A stretch of DNA of 63,902 nucleotides, filler included, from Hausera hauseri (lineage: Eukaryota): the NCBI GenBank assembly GCA_046269625.1. It is 11 parts of 11 records of this genome, joined end to end, with 100 filler letters (N's around TTAATTAATTAA, not from the genome) between each part and the next. Parts side by side here need not be neighbours in the genome. Positions count along the whole stretch, not along the records: positions 31,113 to 35,618 come from JBJURY010550229.1; positions 35,719 to 41,272 come from JBJURY010231628.1; positions 41,373 to 45,881 come from JBJURY010548563.1; 8 more parts are not named here. The stretch is one strand, 5' to 3'. The first letter of the stretch is position 1, and the number at the start of each line of letters is the position of its first letter. The translations under genes and the position numbers were made by a program. Shown piece after piece: positions 31,113 to 42,745 of this stretch. The notes beneath the pieces are model-generated. The model saw only the letters and a program-made list of their open reading frames with translations, had not been told where the DNA came from and did not search any database.

Positions 31113-34100
31113 AATATCAACGCTAAAGTGAAACGTGGTCGACATCAGTATTTATCGTTAAAACTTGATGAAATCAGTCCAAGTTTGGCCAAAATATCCG
31201 ATGGTAACATTCCTTTACCGGGTATCGAGAATAGAGAACTTCTGTCAATTTCTAACCAAATCAACATTCTCCCTACGAAAACCAAACCGAAAAAGCTAAA
31301 ATTCAATGTCAGTGATGGTAAACAGTACAGCTATCTCTACAAGGGTTTGGAAGATCTTCGATTGGACGAACGGATCATGCAAATACTTGGAATCATGAAT
31401 ACTATGTTTGATAAGATAAATGAGCACAATCCAAACAAGTACCACATTTCCACGTATCCAGTTACACCTTTGGGCCCTCGGGCTGGTCTTATTGAAATGA
31501 TTGAAGATGCAACATCAATTTTTAATCTTTACAAACGTCATCAAATTCGAAACAAAAGCAGTTTGGATATAATGAAATTACGATCGAAACCACTGCTGAA
31601 CTTCGGAACTGACGAAGCAACGATAATATCGGACGAAGGCCATCCAATTCGGCCGACTGATATTTATTGGCAAAAATTACGACCGAAACTTGATGCGGCA
31701 AAAATCGATACGACTCTTGATAGTCGTGAAAAGTGGCCGATTTCCATTTTGGTAGAAGTGTTGACAGAATTGAGTAATGAAACACCGAAAGATTTGCTAA
31801 CGAAAGAATTATGGTGTTGCAGTATAAATCCACAAAACTGGTTTAAGAGTTCGATAGGCTTTGCGAGGTCGTGTGCTGTTATGTCCATTGTTGGACACAT
31901 TATTGGTCTTGGTGATAGACATTTGGATAATCTGTTAGTGAACTTGTCGTCCGGTCAGATTGTTCATATTGATTACAATGTCTGCTTCGATAAGGGTGTC
32001 TCCTTAAAAGTACCGGAAAAGGTTCCGTTTAGATTGACGGATATCATTACCGATGTTTTCGGACCAATGGAAGTTAATGGGCTCTTTAAAATTTCATGTG
32101 AAAACGTTTTGGAAATTCTTCAACAATCTCAAGACAGTATATTAACATTAATGGACACTTTTGTTCTCGATCCGATCATTGATTGGTCAACTGGAATTGA
32201 GTGTGGTCCATACGGATCGTTTGACGGCGGGAAATTTGCATTCAGTTCATCGAAGTCAATTGTTGAAAAGCGTTCAGTGGAATTCATGATTAATTTACGA
32301 AATTTCCAATGTTCATTGTTACAAGTTGACGAAAATCTTAACGATTCGAAGTCTAAGTTATTGTTGGAATTGAAGGATTTACATAGACGAATGACAGAAA
32401 ATCTGAATATTTGTAAAAATATCCAACAGACACGAGAGAGTAATGGGAAAATGTCTGATTTGGTAGCATTTATGAAGAGTATAAACGACAAGGAAATCAA
32501 CGGGATTTTAGACAAGAACATATACGTTAAATCTATTGAAGAAAAATATTCCAGCTTAGACTCGGACATTGATCGACGACTGAATCAATTAACGTTCGTT
32601 AATAGTGGCCATAACAATTTCTTCAACAAAATTCTTTCCAATTCGGATTTTATCAGTTTAAAACTCGATGTGAAAAATTTACGGTTCTTCTTCGACGAAC
32701 AGGTGAAATCCGTTCAAAAATCGTATTTGGATTTGAAAACGATCGGCAATATTAATGAATACGATTCCATATTCGAAAGTTTATTGGCCTATTCCGAATG
32801 TCTCGAACCGGTGCTGGACAATTTGGTGATCGTTGAGAAATATCGGAATATCGTCCAGGAAATGCCTCAGAACTTCTTTTCGAGTGATCGTTGTAGTTAC
32901 ATGTTGAAAATGACCGAAGATTTAGTCAAAGAACGTTCGCCGGAGAAAATCGATGAACTTGTATCGATGTACACCGACAAATGGTTACGAACGGAAAATG
33001 AGAACGATATTATTTCGTTTATGAACGAACAAAAAAATTGGACGGATTTACTGAAAACTGTTGGCAATTGTTTGACAGACACCCAACAGAAATTGCTCAT
33101 CCATCCACACGATGAAGAAATTCATGAATTAGAAAATATTTGGCAATTGACCGTTTATGAAAACGTTGCCGGAATAAATATATTTAAATCGGTTATTCTC
33201 GAACAGTATTTGGAAATGGCGACCATTACGGCCCAATTGGACATCAATACGGTTAGCAAAATCCCCGATCAGGTGACACTGAACATCGACTATGATGGCA
33301 TTTTACGAAAATATCTCCAATTACTCAATGCCCACGAGAATTACTTCAAAATTCTGACTAATTACATGAACATGTTCGGTCTGTTTCTCAACAGCCCGGA
33401 AGCCGTCACAATTTGCAACATGATGTTGACACTGAAGAAGCTATGTTCAACGATCAGTTCGTTTGAAACTAACTTTATCGAGATCATCATGCCGGAATCC
33501 ATTAAAATCATGAAGAATTTGACCGATGAAGATCTGGAATTTCTCGACGAGCTTAAATCGATTGTTGCCGAAGGAGACAAAGTACTGTTGCATTTTAACA
33601 TTGCATTGACGTCGACGTCGTACGATGTGAAGAGTTACGAAAACATTCACGAAAAAGTCGTGTTGCCGATCAAAGAAAAAATGGCATCGATTACCAACAT
33701 GACGTCGTTATCGTTGCACGACGGTTCGAAACAGCTGAAAATTCTCGTCACCAGTTTTTACAACACCATCAATCAGATCAACAATCTCGTCAATGAATTC
33801 ATTGATTATTTCATCAGTGCCACATTTCCCAGTTCGTGGAATTACATGGACATCGTGGCAGCCAGTGCCGCCAATATATCACCTATGTGGAACAAATCCG
33901 TCAAAATGCTTAAGGACGCTGTGTTCGTCAGTTCTGTTCGTTGTTTGATGGCTAATTTGGAACACAGTCGAATCGTAACCAATTCGCGTACAGCTGATCT
34001 GTCGGACAATCAGTTCATGTTGTTGTTCTACAACATGTTGCGCAGTGTTGAAGTCTATTTCAATTTCATTTATCGTCACATTCTCGTGGGAATCGGCAGT

Positions 34101-34712
34101 CAGAGTTTCGGGAAAATGTTCTGCTTCTTGCTAGAATTCGCCGGTTGGAATATCGATGCGATGATTTCGGATTCATTGCCGAATAACTGTGCACTCAATG
34201 CCGATTTTCTATGTGGCACTGTCGGATCTTTCCGGAAATCTGAATATCCGAATGCCATTAATTTCCATTCTCAGCTTCAGTATCGATTCAATAGTTATAA
34301 GTCCATTGCCGGATTCAGTTTCGAATCGAACAGTTCGAACAAATTCATTGTTCGTAATTTGGCATATTTGAAGTCGCTATCCATTCTCGTCACAAACCAG
34401 TTGACTGTTCACTGTTGGAGTAAAAAACACTTGATCACGGATACCGGTATAGAGAATTCTGAACTTTCAAAACTAACCGATGTTCGAGATTTGATAAAAA
34501 CGATCCCACACCGGTTAGGTTCCATAAAGGATAATGTCATGAAATTAGAATCTCTGTCCGACGAGTTTATTGATTGCGATAAGATAATTTTTGCGACAGA
34601 CAATTCAAGCATCAAATACCGGGTCATTAAATTATCCGTTGAACGAAATCAGTTATTGACCGTAATCAAAAAACAAATTGTGATTGTTTTAATAATACAA
34701 GTTGTTTACTAA
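31113..34712 (+). CDS. SMG1: Serine/threonine kinase SMG1 (PIKK family, NMD), partial: kinase domain plus long post-kinase insertion
   Basis: LPTKTKPKKL, YLYKGLEDLRLDERIMQ, YPVTPLGPRAGLI, IGLGDRHLDNLL, HIDYNVCFDKG..LKVPEKVPFRLT; the long helical region after the kinase is characteristic of SMG1; FATC not seen. Confidence 0.92.
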   Translation, partial: NINAKVKRGRHQYLSLKLDEISPSLAKISDGNIPLPGIENRELLSISNQINILPTKTKPKKLKFNVSDGKQYSYLYKGLEDLRLDERIMQILGIMNTMFDKINEHNPNKYHISTYPVTPLGPRAGLIEMIEDATSIFNLYKRHQIRNKSSLDIMKLRSKPLLNFGTDEATIISDEGHPIRPTDIYWQKLRPKLDAAKIDTTLDSREKWPISILVEVLTELSNETPKDLLTKELWCCSINPQNWFKSSIGFARSCAVMSIVGHIIGLGDRHLDNLLVNLSSGQIVHIDYNVCFDKGVSLKVPEKVPFRLTDIITDVFGPMEVNGLFKISCENVLEILQQSQDSILTLMDTFVLDPIIDWSTGIECGPYGSFDGGKFAFSSSKSIVEKRSVEFMINLRNFQCSLLQVDENLNDSKSKLLLELKDLHRRMTENLNICKNIQQTRESNGKMSDLVAFMKSINDKEINGILDKNIYVKSIEEKYSSLDSDIDRRLNQLTFVNSGHNNFFNKILSNSDFISLKLDVKNLRFFFDEQVKSVQKSYLDLKTIGNINEYDSIFESLLAYSECLEPVLDNLVIVEKYRNIVQEMPQNFFSSDRCSYMLKMTEDLVKERSPEKIDELVSMYTDKWLRTENENDIISFMNEQKNWTDLLKTVGNCLTDTQQKLLIHPHDEEIHELENIWQLTVYENVAGINIFKSVILEQYLEMATITAQLDINTVSKIPDQVTLNIDYDGILRKYLQLLNAHENYFKILTNYMNMFGLFLNSPEAVTICNMMLTLKKLCSTISSFETNFIEIIMPESIKIMKNLTDEDLEFLDELKSIVAEGDKVLLHFNIALTSTSYDVKSYENIHEKVVLPIKEKMASITNMTSLSLHDGSKQLKILVTSFYNTINQINNLVNEFIDYFISATFPSSWNYMDIVAASAANISPMWNKSVKMLKDAVFVSSVRCLMANLEHSRIVTNSRTADLSDNQFMLLFYNMLRSVEVYFNFIYRHILVGIGSQSFGKMFCFLLEFAGWNIDAMISDSLPNNCALNADFLCGTVGSFRKSEYPNAINFHSQLQYRFNSYKSIAGFSFESNSSNKFIVRNLAYLKSLSILVTNQLTVHCWSKKHLITDTGIENSELSKLTDVRDLIKTIPHRLGSIKDNVMKLESLSDEFIDCDKIIFATDNSSIKYRVIKLSVERNQLLTVIKKQIVIVLIIQVVY

Positions 34713-34957
34713 CGAAATTTGAAATTTCAAGAAAAATAAAGACATACTGAATTTTGCTTTTATGAAATTTTGATATTGCCACATTGGAATTGCATTTGAA
34801 TATAAATGTTCACAATTTGCCATTTTGACATTATAATAATCTTATCCGTGGATTTAGTTTCCGAACCTATCTCTCGTATTTAAAGCTGGAATTTATTTGT
34901 CAAACTCTCATATGATGGCGGGATAATTCAGCATATATCTTCTACTAAGTCCATCGT

Positions 34958-35618
34958 CTATTGAGTTTTTACTTTTGGCATGTATGAATCATGTAGTGAT
35001 AGTGCAAGGACTATCTGTACATATGATATCGACCTGGTTAATATTAATGAAGTTTTCATTTCTTTTCGGCTTCGACTCGGATTTTTATTATTCGAGCGTA
35101 GGTTATAACGTTTATTTGGCCTTATGTCTGTTTTAATAACTCTGTATTGATACGACGTCTTTACCATTTTTGTTAATATAAACTGTAGTTGGTGTAGTTC
35201 TGGCAACCTCATAATATCCTCTTTCAGTTCGAGTGAGCTTCAGAAATGTAACTTCCTTCCCTACTGGGTAATATACATAAACCCAATTTCCTTGTTCTAG
35301 ATCATGTTGTTTAGTCTTCTTGTCGTATTGCTTTTTAAGTTGTTTTTGATACCTTTGAGATATTTCTTTTGCTACCTCCCAACACTTGTAGTCATGTCTG
35401 TAATACTTCAACAAGTTTTTGTTCTAAATCTTCTGTTTTCGCTGTATACGGTATTGTTCCTAAGTCAGTCGGTAATATGGCATCTGTGCCGTACATCGCA
35501 AAGAATGGAGTAAATCCAATCGCAGCGTGTGGTGCAGTATTAATAGCAAATTGTGCACCTTCTAAAAATTTATCCCAGTCCTTCTGGTCTTTGGCTACTA
35601 CTGTTGAAAAGATCCGTA
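34958..35618 (-). mobile_element. Gypsy integrase C-terminal fragment from a second family
   Basis: QKDWDKFLEGAQFAINTAPHAAIGFTPFFAMYG and KKQYDKKTK..LEQGNWVYVY; frameshifted. Confidence 0.75.
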
Positions 35619-35718
35619 NNNNNNNNNNNNNNNNNNNNNNNNNNNNNNNNNNNNNNNNNNNNTTAATTAATTAANNNNNNNNNNNNNNNNNNNNNNNNNN
35701 NNNNNNNNNNNNNNNNNN

Positions 35719-37840
35719 GTGTCATTCCAAGAATGTTCGATTCACTTGGATTTCTCTCGGCATTCCTAATTAAAAGAAAATTTTATTACAAAAGTTGTGG
35801 ATGTTAGGCGTTGGCTGGGATGATGGATTACTTAATGACAAATCAGTAGAAATAAGAAAATGGTTAGATGACATAGAAAAACTAAATCAAATAAAAATCA
35901 AACATATATTACTTGAAAGTACCAAAGACGAATACCAAATACACATATTCGTAGATGCTTCATTGGATGTATGTGGAGCAGTAGCTTATCTCAGAGAATC
36001 GATCAGAGATGAAACCAACGTTACAAAAGCCAAAGTTACACCAAGTAAGGTGATCACCATTCCTAGATTCGAGTTACTCGTCGCAATTACGGGAGTTCGA
36101 TTTGCAAAGAAAATTACTCCATCGCTGGAAATTAATAATAAAGAAATAGTATACTTGAGTGATAGTCTTAATGCACTCTGGTGGATTAGGCAACACGCCA
36201 AGAATTACACTCCATATGTTGCCAATCAGATCGGGGAAATACAAAATAAAGCGAGACCGAGTCAATGGAGATATATACATACTGCGGAAAATCCAGCTGA
36301 CATTCTATCTAGAGGTTTAGGAGCAGTTGAACTCAGTAAAAAAGAAATGTGGTGGAAAGGTACTATATTCTTGAAATAGGAGGAAGCATAATGGCCGAAC
36401 CAAAAAAGATATTCAATGGAGATAAGAAAATGGAACGAAGAAGAAACAAAACAACAATGTTGCAATTGGTTCGATCAAAACAAATAAATTTCAACCGTCT
36501 GAGTGGAAAAAATTATTGTCACTGGTAGCATTTACTGAGAATCCGAACGTGGGTACGACGTTTCATAAATAATTGCCATCATAGGATCGTGGTTTTAAAA
36601 ACGTGTGAATTGAGTATGAATGAAATCATTGAAGAACGAAGAATAATCATTGAAGATCAAAGCGAACCTTTAGAAGAAACCATCAAAGAAATATTATCAC
36701 AGGAACAAGTAACAGATAGGACATTGATACTAATTGATCCATTCAAAACTTGAGATGGTTTATTAAGAGGAAATACGAGAATTGTCAACTGTTCATTAGT
36801 ACTATGCTCGATGAAATATCCAATCATTTTAAACAATACAAGCGAGATCACAAGACTGTTAATAAATCACGAAAACACGAAGTTACATAACTATGGAGGG
36901 TTAATCATCTGTTCGGAGAATTAAGCCAGAGATATGGATAAAAAAGGCAAGATCTACAATAAAGCAAGTGTTAAATTCATGCCGGAGTTGTAAACGACTA
37001 AAAGCCAAAACAGTAACTACACAGATGGCACCAATTTCTACATTCAGGTTGATAGAACATTTAGTTGCCTTCTCAATAACAGCAGTGGACTTCACAATTC
37101 AGAGATGTCGACAATCGAAACAAAAACATTACATATGCCTATTCACTTGTACGTTTACCAGGGCTGTTCATTTAGAAATAACATCTGGTTTGGACACAGA
37201 TTCCTTCATATTACCCTTTCAACGATTTACTGGTCGAAGAGGAACTCCTTTAATGATAATGTCATACAATGGAATAAACTTTACCGGCGAGGCGAAGGAG
37301 ATAGAAGAAATCAAGATCGACAGTTATCGTTTGAAGGAAGAAACATCGAAAGACAAAATATCTTGTGTGTTCAATCCACCAAAGGCTCCCTATTTTGGAG
37401 GGATATTCGAGACCTTAATTAAAGCGATGAAAAATGCCCTGTACTGCATATTACAAAATACTTCAGTCAAATATGAGGAATTAGAGACATTGAAAACACC
37501 CTAAATTCACGACCGTTCATGTATATATCAGACGATGCCGGTATTGAAGTACTAAAACGAAACCAGTTCATTAGATGAGGCTACCGTGCGGAAAACAACT
37601 TGAATCTGACAGGTACAATTGAGGATAAATTAAGATCGAGATGGCGTCATAGAAGAGAATTAGAAAGGCATTACTGGAACAGATGGAAGAAAGAATTAAT
37701 TGCAAACTGGAAGGAGAGGCAAAAATGGTAGAAATCTGAAGGTCAAATAAAAGTTGTTGATATTGTGTAGATGCTGGAGAAAGATTCAATCGAACAAAAT
37801 TGGCCAACTGGTAAGGTTATTAAAATTCATGCTGGAACCG
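35719..37840 (+). mobile_element. BEL/Pao LTR retrotransposon relic (RNase H, integrase, C-terminal domain)
   Basis: IHIFVDAS..GAVAYLR, TIPRFELL, WRYIHTAENPADILSRG..WWKG, CRSCKR, LFTCTFTRAVHLE, FNPPKAPYFGGIFE, WPTGKVIKIH; stops and frameshifts. Confidence 0.92.
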
Positions 37841-39052
37841 AATTTTCCTTATTTATTATGTTATGAATTGTTTAATTGTTCAAAACCCATGGAAGAAGTT
37901 CTTGATAAAGTTTTCGGGAAACCGAACAAAATCAATGATAAAGCAAAGTTTAGTAATTTTATGGATAATTATAACGGTTCCTATTTTGACAAAAATTTGA
38001 TGTTTGTTTTTTGTAGAAAGAGAAACGTCGTTGGAAAAGAATATTGTTATTTTATCTGTGCAAATGCAGAAAAAATGGCGATATATACATGATATTATAG
38101 ACTGCATTAATGAGATAAAATTAGAAATGATCAATGACTAAGAAATACAGTCGGATGGCATGAGACAAGAAAGATTAACTGTACAATAATTATGTTTAAA
38201 TACAGAGGTATTTTAAATAACATTGTTGTTTGTCGTTCCTTTTCCTTTGTTGTACGCTAGTCGGCATAGACTGTGAAGTATGTATGATTGTCAGAATCTG
38301 TGATTATTTAACGGCCCAATGTGTTAAAAGTGGACGAGGTCCCCCGGAGAGAGGCACCCAGTCACAAATGGCCATTTATGATGAGAAATTTAATATAAAT
38401 GTATTTTATATCAATTTAAATGTTTTTTCGTTAATCATATGCAAAATAAAAAAATTGAATGTACATTTTGATTAGGGTATAAATTTATTCTGTGTACAAA
38501 AGTTATATATGTATGATGTGGAATTTGACAGTTATTTCCTTGTTACAAAATGCTAATTTTATAAGACAATGAATCAAAAGGAAATTTTCAGATGCAATCG
38601 CCAAACTATATGAATTGTGAAAATTGTATGCAGTAATTAATATTAATAAAAATCTAATCTATAGTTTGGTAAAAATTATCCGAGAAAATAATATTCGAAT
38701 AAATACATTCCTATTATACAAGTATGTCACAAAAGATAATATTCGAACAAATAACATTATATTATACACATTTTTGTATCATTAAAGTTGCAAAACTTTT
38801 AGAACATATATAATATTTTTCCATTGTTCTGCGATAATTTTCTTCGTTGTGCACAGCAGAAGTGCAGTATTTGTAAAGTTGACGTATCTAAAAAAATAGA
38901 TAAAAATGAAAATTGCTTAAAACAAAATTTACATTTGACATTGCGGTTTTTTGAAGAGAATTAAAACTATTTAAATTTAGATTTGTAGGTAATTTTGAGT
39001 GTGTTTGCATAGATGTGTATAAAAAAGTAAAGTGCGATTTTATTACTTTTCA

Positions 39053-39135
39053 TGTATGCACACACCTAAAATCATGTGCTTGCACATCTAAAATTATGTG
39101 TGCACACAGTAAAATCTTATGTGTGCACACCTAAG
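39053..39135. repeat. Four ~22-bp tandem units (TGTGTGCACAC..AAAAT) upstream of a TATA box
   Basis: Visible repeats; TATATAAG at ~39139; ATG at 39190. Confidence 0.65.
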
Positions 39136-39189
39136 TGGTATATAAGCCAGTGTTTTTCATTATTTTGTCACTTTTTTCAGTGCTCAAAT

Positions 39190-39948
39190 ATGAACAACAC
39201 TCAAGTTCTTGAAGAAGTCATTCAGGCTGCAACGGGCATTGTTAGCAGACAATCGGAAATTGATTTGGACAATTCAGAAGGAAAGTCGGACAAATCAAAC
39301 GGCAATATGGACAATTCAGGAAGGTAACCCGAACAAATCAAAAGGCAATTCGATTTCCAGCAGAAATGAAGAAATTGCTATAATAAAATTGTGAAAAGAT
39401 TTCGCACTGACTTAAGATTCTAGTAATGATTATTTGTCTGACACAAGTTCGATAATAGTCAAGAGAAAGACTAAAAATAAAGCCTTTTAGCGGATGAAGC
39501 AAAGTGCACCAACAAAGATAGAGGAAAACGCAAAGACAATCAAAAAGATGCTAATATGAGATCGGCCATCCTTGGGTAAAGACGTATCGATTGGAACAAC
39601 TGACGAAGGCAATAGAAAAAGCAAACAATACGCAAGAGCGTATTGTCATTACGAAAGCAGTGAAAGGCAAATGGCAGAAGGATTATGACTCACGGAAGAA
39701 AATCGCTTGAGTCTGAAAATGAAGGCCCAAACAGTAGAACTGTACGACCCAATGGATCCTGCACTCCGCATAAATCACGACAAGAGATTTGAAATACAGG
39801 CAAAGCTGCGGCTACCCGAGGATTAAGAGGAAGTCCGAGAACTGAAATCCCAGCTGGTCCAAGCTCAAAGGTAGCTGAAAGAAAAGGTTATTTACACGAA
39901 CGGTTTAATGGTCAAAGTTGAAGAGCAGGTGAAAATAATATTTCGCCA
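39190..39948 (+). pseudogene. Degenerate charged/coiled-coil ORF of unknown family
   Basis: MNNTQVLEEVIQAATG... and later LKMKAQTVELYDPMDP..EEVRELKSQLVQAQ read as protein-like, with interspersed stops. Confidence 0.35.
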
Positions 39949-41120
39949 GTAGGTAGAAGTGAGCTCTCCACCGCACTTCTCTGATTGGTCCGCCAACCAG
40001 TTTTCCCCACCTGATTGGCTATTCTGAACATTTCACTAAAATTTTTTCACGACTTCCGCCTCAGAAAATGAGGTCGAGCAAAGAGGTTCGGACCAGGTGA
40101 TACCACTAACGCGTGACGAGGTGAGCAAAAGTTAACAAAAGTGTGGCTTACAGAAATGTAATGGAGAGGTTCTAGAAGAGAAAGAAGCAAAACAGGAAAT
40201 GCTCCACGTGTAACGCAAAACATGTTTCTAGCACTGAGAAAATGTGTACAATGGCTAAATATATTTTGGCGATTTCAATAGACACTGTCGCCAGTCGGTC
40301 AGACCATGGAAACATGGGAAAAATCGACGGGAAACTTTCAAACTGGTAAAATTTTTCCATGTTCAAGTCTGCCGGTGATGGAAATTGGTCTAATACATTG
40401 CTCATAAGTTGGGAGAAATTTCATATTATAGCCGCCTCACGATCAGATCAATAAATCGGGGTGAAAGTGTAATCGAACGAACGAACGAACAAACCAAAGA
40501 AAAGCGTAATGTTAAAGTCAAAATCATCATAGTAGGTAGAAGTGTTCTCTCCTAACCACTTGCCAAAAAGGGCTCAGATCGAGCTAGAAACCAGTTTTCC
40601 CCACCTATCTTGCAATTCTGAGCATTTCATGTTTTGTAGTCAGAGACCCCCCAGCCGGAAGCACATGTCACATGTTGCACATGTCACCGGCGAAAATCGG
40701 CAGAGCTGGATGAGGCGAGAAAAATTTTCTAGCGCGGCAATAGTCGAAAATATTACTGGGCGGCTCTAGAAGCAAAAGAAGCAAAACAGGAAATGTTTTA
40801 TGAGAAACGAGACATGAGTTACGAATTGCGCAATGTTTGGTGCAAATGTCAAACGAAACGCCTGGGAATCGAAGGAGCACGATTTTAACGTTGTCTGACC
40901 ATGGAAACATGGGGAAAAACTGATGGGAAAATTTCAAACTCTAAAAATTTCACATTGTTCAAGTCTGCTGGTTGTGAAAATGGGATGAGCACGTAACCCA
41001 TCAGTAGCTGAGCATTTCCTATTATAGCCGCTTCACGATTAGACCAATGGATTCTGGTAAAAAATGCAATGAAAAACAAAAAAAAACACAATGTTAAGAA
41101 GTCAAATTCATCATCACCGT
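39949..41120 (-). repeat. Two tandem ~585-595 bp units of the Maverick-associated array (third element copy)
   Basis: GTAGGTAGAAGTG at 39949 and 40532; GACCATGGAAACATGG at 40302 and 40897; homologous to 41373-42185 and to the reverse complement of 57834-58524. Confidence 0.9.
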
Positions 41121-41127
41121 TGTTCCT

Positions 41128-41272
41128 ACGTTCGTTCGTTCGTTCGTTCTTTCGTTCTTTCTTCCGTTCGTTCGTTCGTTCGTGCTTTTGTTTGTTCGTT
41201 CGTTCGTTCGTTTTTTCGTTCGTTCGTTCGTTCGTTCGTTCGTTCGTTCGTTCGTTCGTTCGTTCGTTCGTT
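41128..41272. repeat. (CGTT)n / (GAAC)n microsatellite at the head of the array
   Basis: Directly visible; a short (GAAC)n sits at the equivalent position in the other copy (57800-57820). Confidence 0.92.
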
Positions 41273-41372
41273 NNNNNNNNNNNNNNNNNNNNNNNNNNNN
41301 NNNNNNNNNNNNNNNNTTAATTAATTAANNNNNNNNNNNNNNNNNNNNNNNNNNNNNNNNNNNNNNNNNNNN

Positions 41373-42185
41373 AATCAGACCATGGGAACATGGGGAAAAA
41401 TCGATGGGAAAATTTCAAACGGGAAAAATTTCCCCTTACACAAGTCAAACGGCAATGGAAATGGGTTGAGCTCATAGCTCATCAGTAGTTGAGCATTTCA
41501 TATTATAGCCACCTTACGATCAGGCCAAAGGATCCAGGTGAAAATGGCAACCAAACGAACAAAGAAAGAGAAAAGACGCATTGTTATAAGTCAAAGTCAA
41601 AATCATATAGTAGGTAGAAGTGTCCGCTCCACCCCCAATCCCACAAAGTGCTCAGATGGACCTCGGACCTAGTTTTCCCAACCTTTCTCGCAATTCTGAG
41701 CATTTCATGTTTTGTGGTCGGAGATCCCCCAGCCGGAAGCATATGTCATATGTCGCACATATCACCGATGGAAATCGGTAGAGCTCGATGAGTGGAGAAA
41801 AATTTTCTAGCGCGGCGAGAGTTGAAAATTTTACTGGGCGGCTCTAGAAGCAAAAGAAGCAAAACAGGAAATGTTTTATGAGAATCCAGACACGAGTTAC
41901 GAATTGCGCAATGTTTGATGCAAATGTCAAACCGATGTCGTGGAATCGAATGCACATAATTTTGACTCGGTCTGACCATGGGAACATTGGGAAAATTGAT
42001 AGGAAAATTTCAAACTGTAAAAAGTTCCCATTGTTCAAGTCTGCTGGTTGTTGAAATGGGTTGAGCACGCAGCCCATCAGTAGTTGACTATTTCATTTTA
42101 TAGCAACCTCACGATCAGACCAATGGATCGGGGTGAAAAATGCAACTAAAGAACGGAAAAACGCATTGTTATAAAGTCAAAATCT
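41373..42185 (-). repeat. ~1.4 tandem ~590-bp units of the Maverick-associated array
   Basis: GACCATGG at 41378 and 41974; CGCATTGTTAT..AAGTCAAA at ~41577 and ~42162. Confidence 0.88.
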
Positions 42186-42327
42186 CTTTTTGTTTTGTAA
42201 AAAGTCGTGTAGAATGAAGACGACGAGCTCATGATTGAGTATTCACAACTCACAAGGAGAAAGATTGTGATGAAAAGTCACACATATCATAACAAAACAA
42301 CAGCAATAAAATAATACACATATATAT

Positions 42328-42707
42328 TTCACAAATGTGATTGAGATGTAAGCCACAATAAACAGTAATGTACACACAGTATAGCCATTGGATATTGATA
42401 ATGAACTCGATTATATTCAATACGGCATGATGATTGCTGTTAAATTTGAGAAACTAAAATCCAAGCCGATCAAATACTCTGATGACGTTGGTCGGATGGT
42501 GGACGTACACAGCAATCCAATGTTTGCCAGGAAACGATGAACTGTGTGTATTGACAATAAAGCCACCGCCTCCATTTTGTCGTAAATCACGCGGCACACG
42601 GTCCAGTGGAAATTTCACGCCCAAGAGCAGTTTTCCGTAGTGACTGAGCTCGGTAGAGCTAAATGTGAATTAAGTATAATAGTAATAGTAGTAATAAATT
42701 ACTTCAT
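42328..42707 (-). pseudogene. Maverick adenain-like cysteine protease with a 44-nt intron (42659-42702)
   Basis: Spliced: MNSTELSHYGKLLLGVKF..PLDRVPRDL..GFIVNTHSSSFPGKHWIAVYV..VFDRLGF*..HYQYPMAILCVHYC (catalytic H, D, Q and C positions present). Confidence 0.85.
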
Positions 42708-42745
42708 AGTATGACGACGAAGAAGTGAGGCACAGCAGATTTTAT

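Noticed and set aside
41128-41400. Continuity of the repeat array across the 41273-41372 spacer
   Set aside because: The left contig ends at the microsatellite head of its array while the right contig begins mid-unit; they are separate element copies
40172-42077. Protein-coding interpretation of the ~590-bp units (..FEIFPSIFPMFPWSD..HFLFCFFCF*)
   Set aside because: Three of five units carry a 1-nt shift near the FPMFPW segment and two have an in-frame TGA upstream; coding is not excluded but is unsupported
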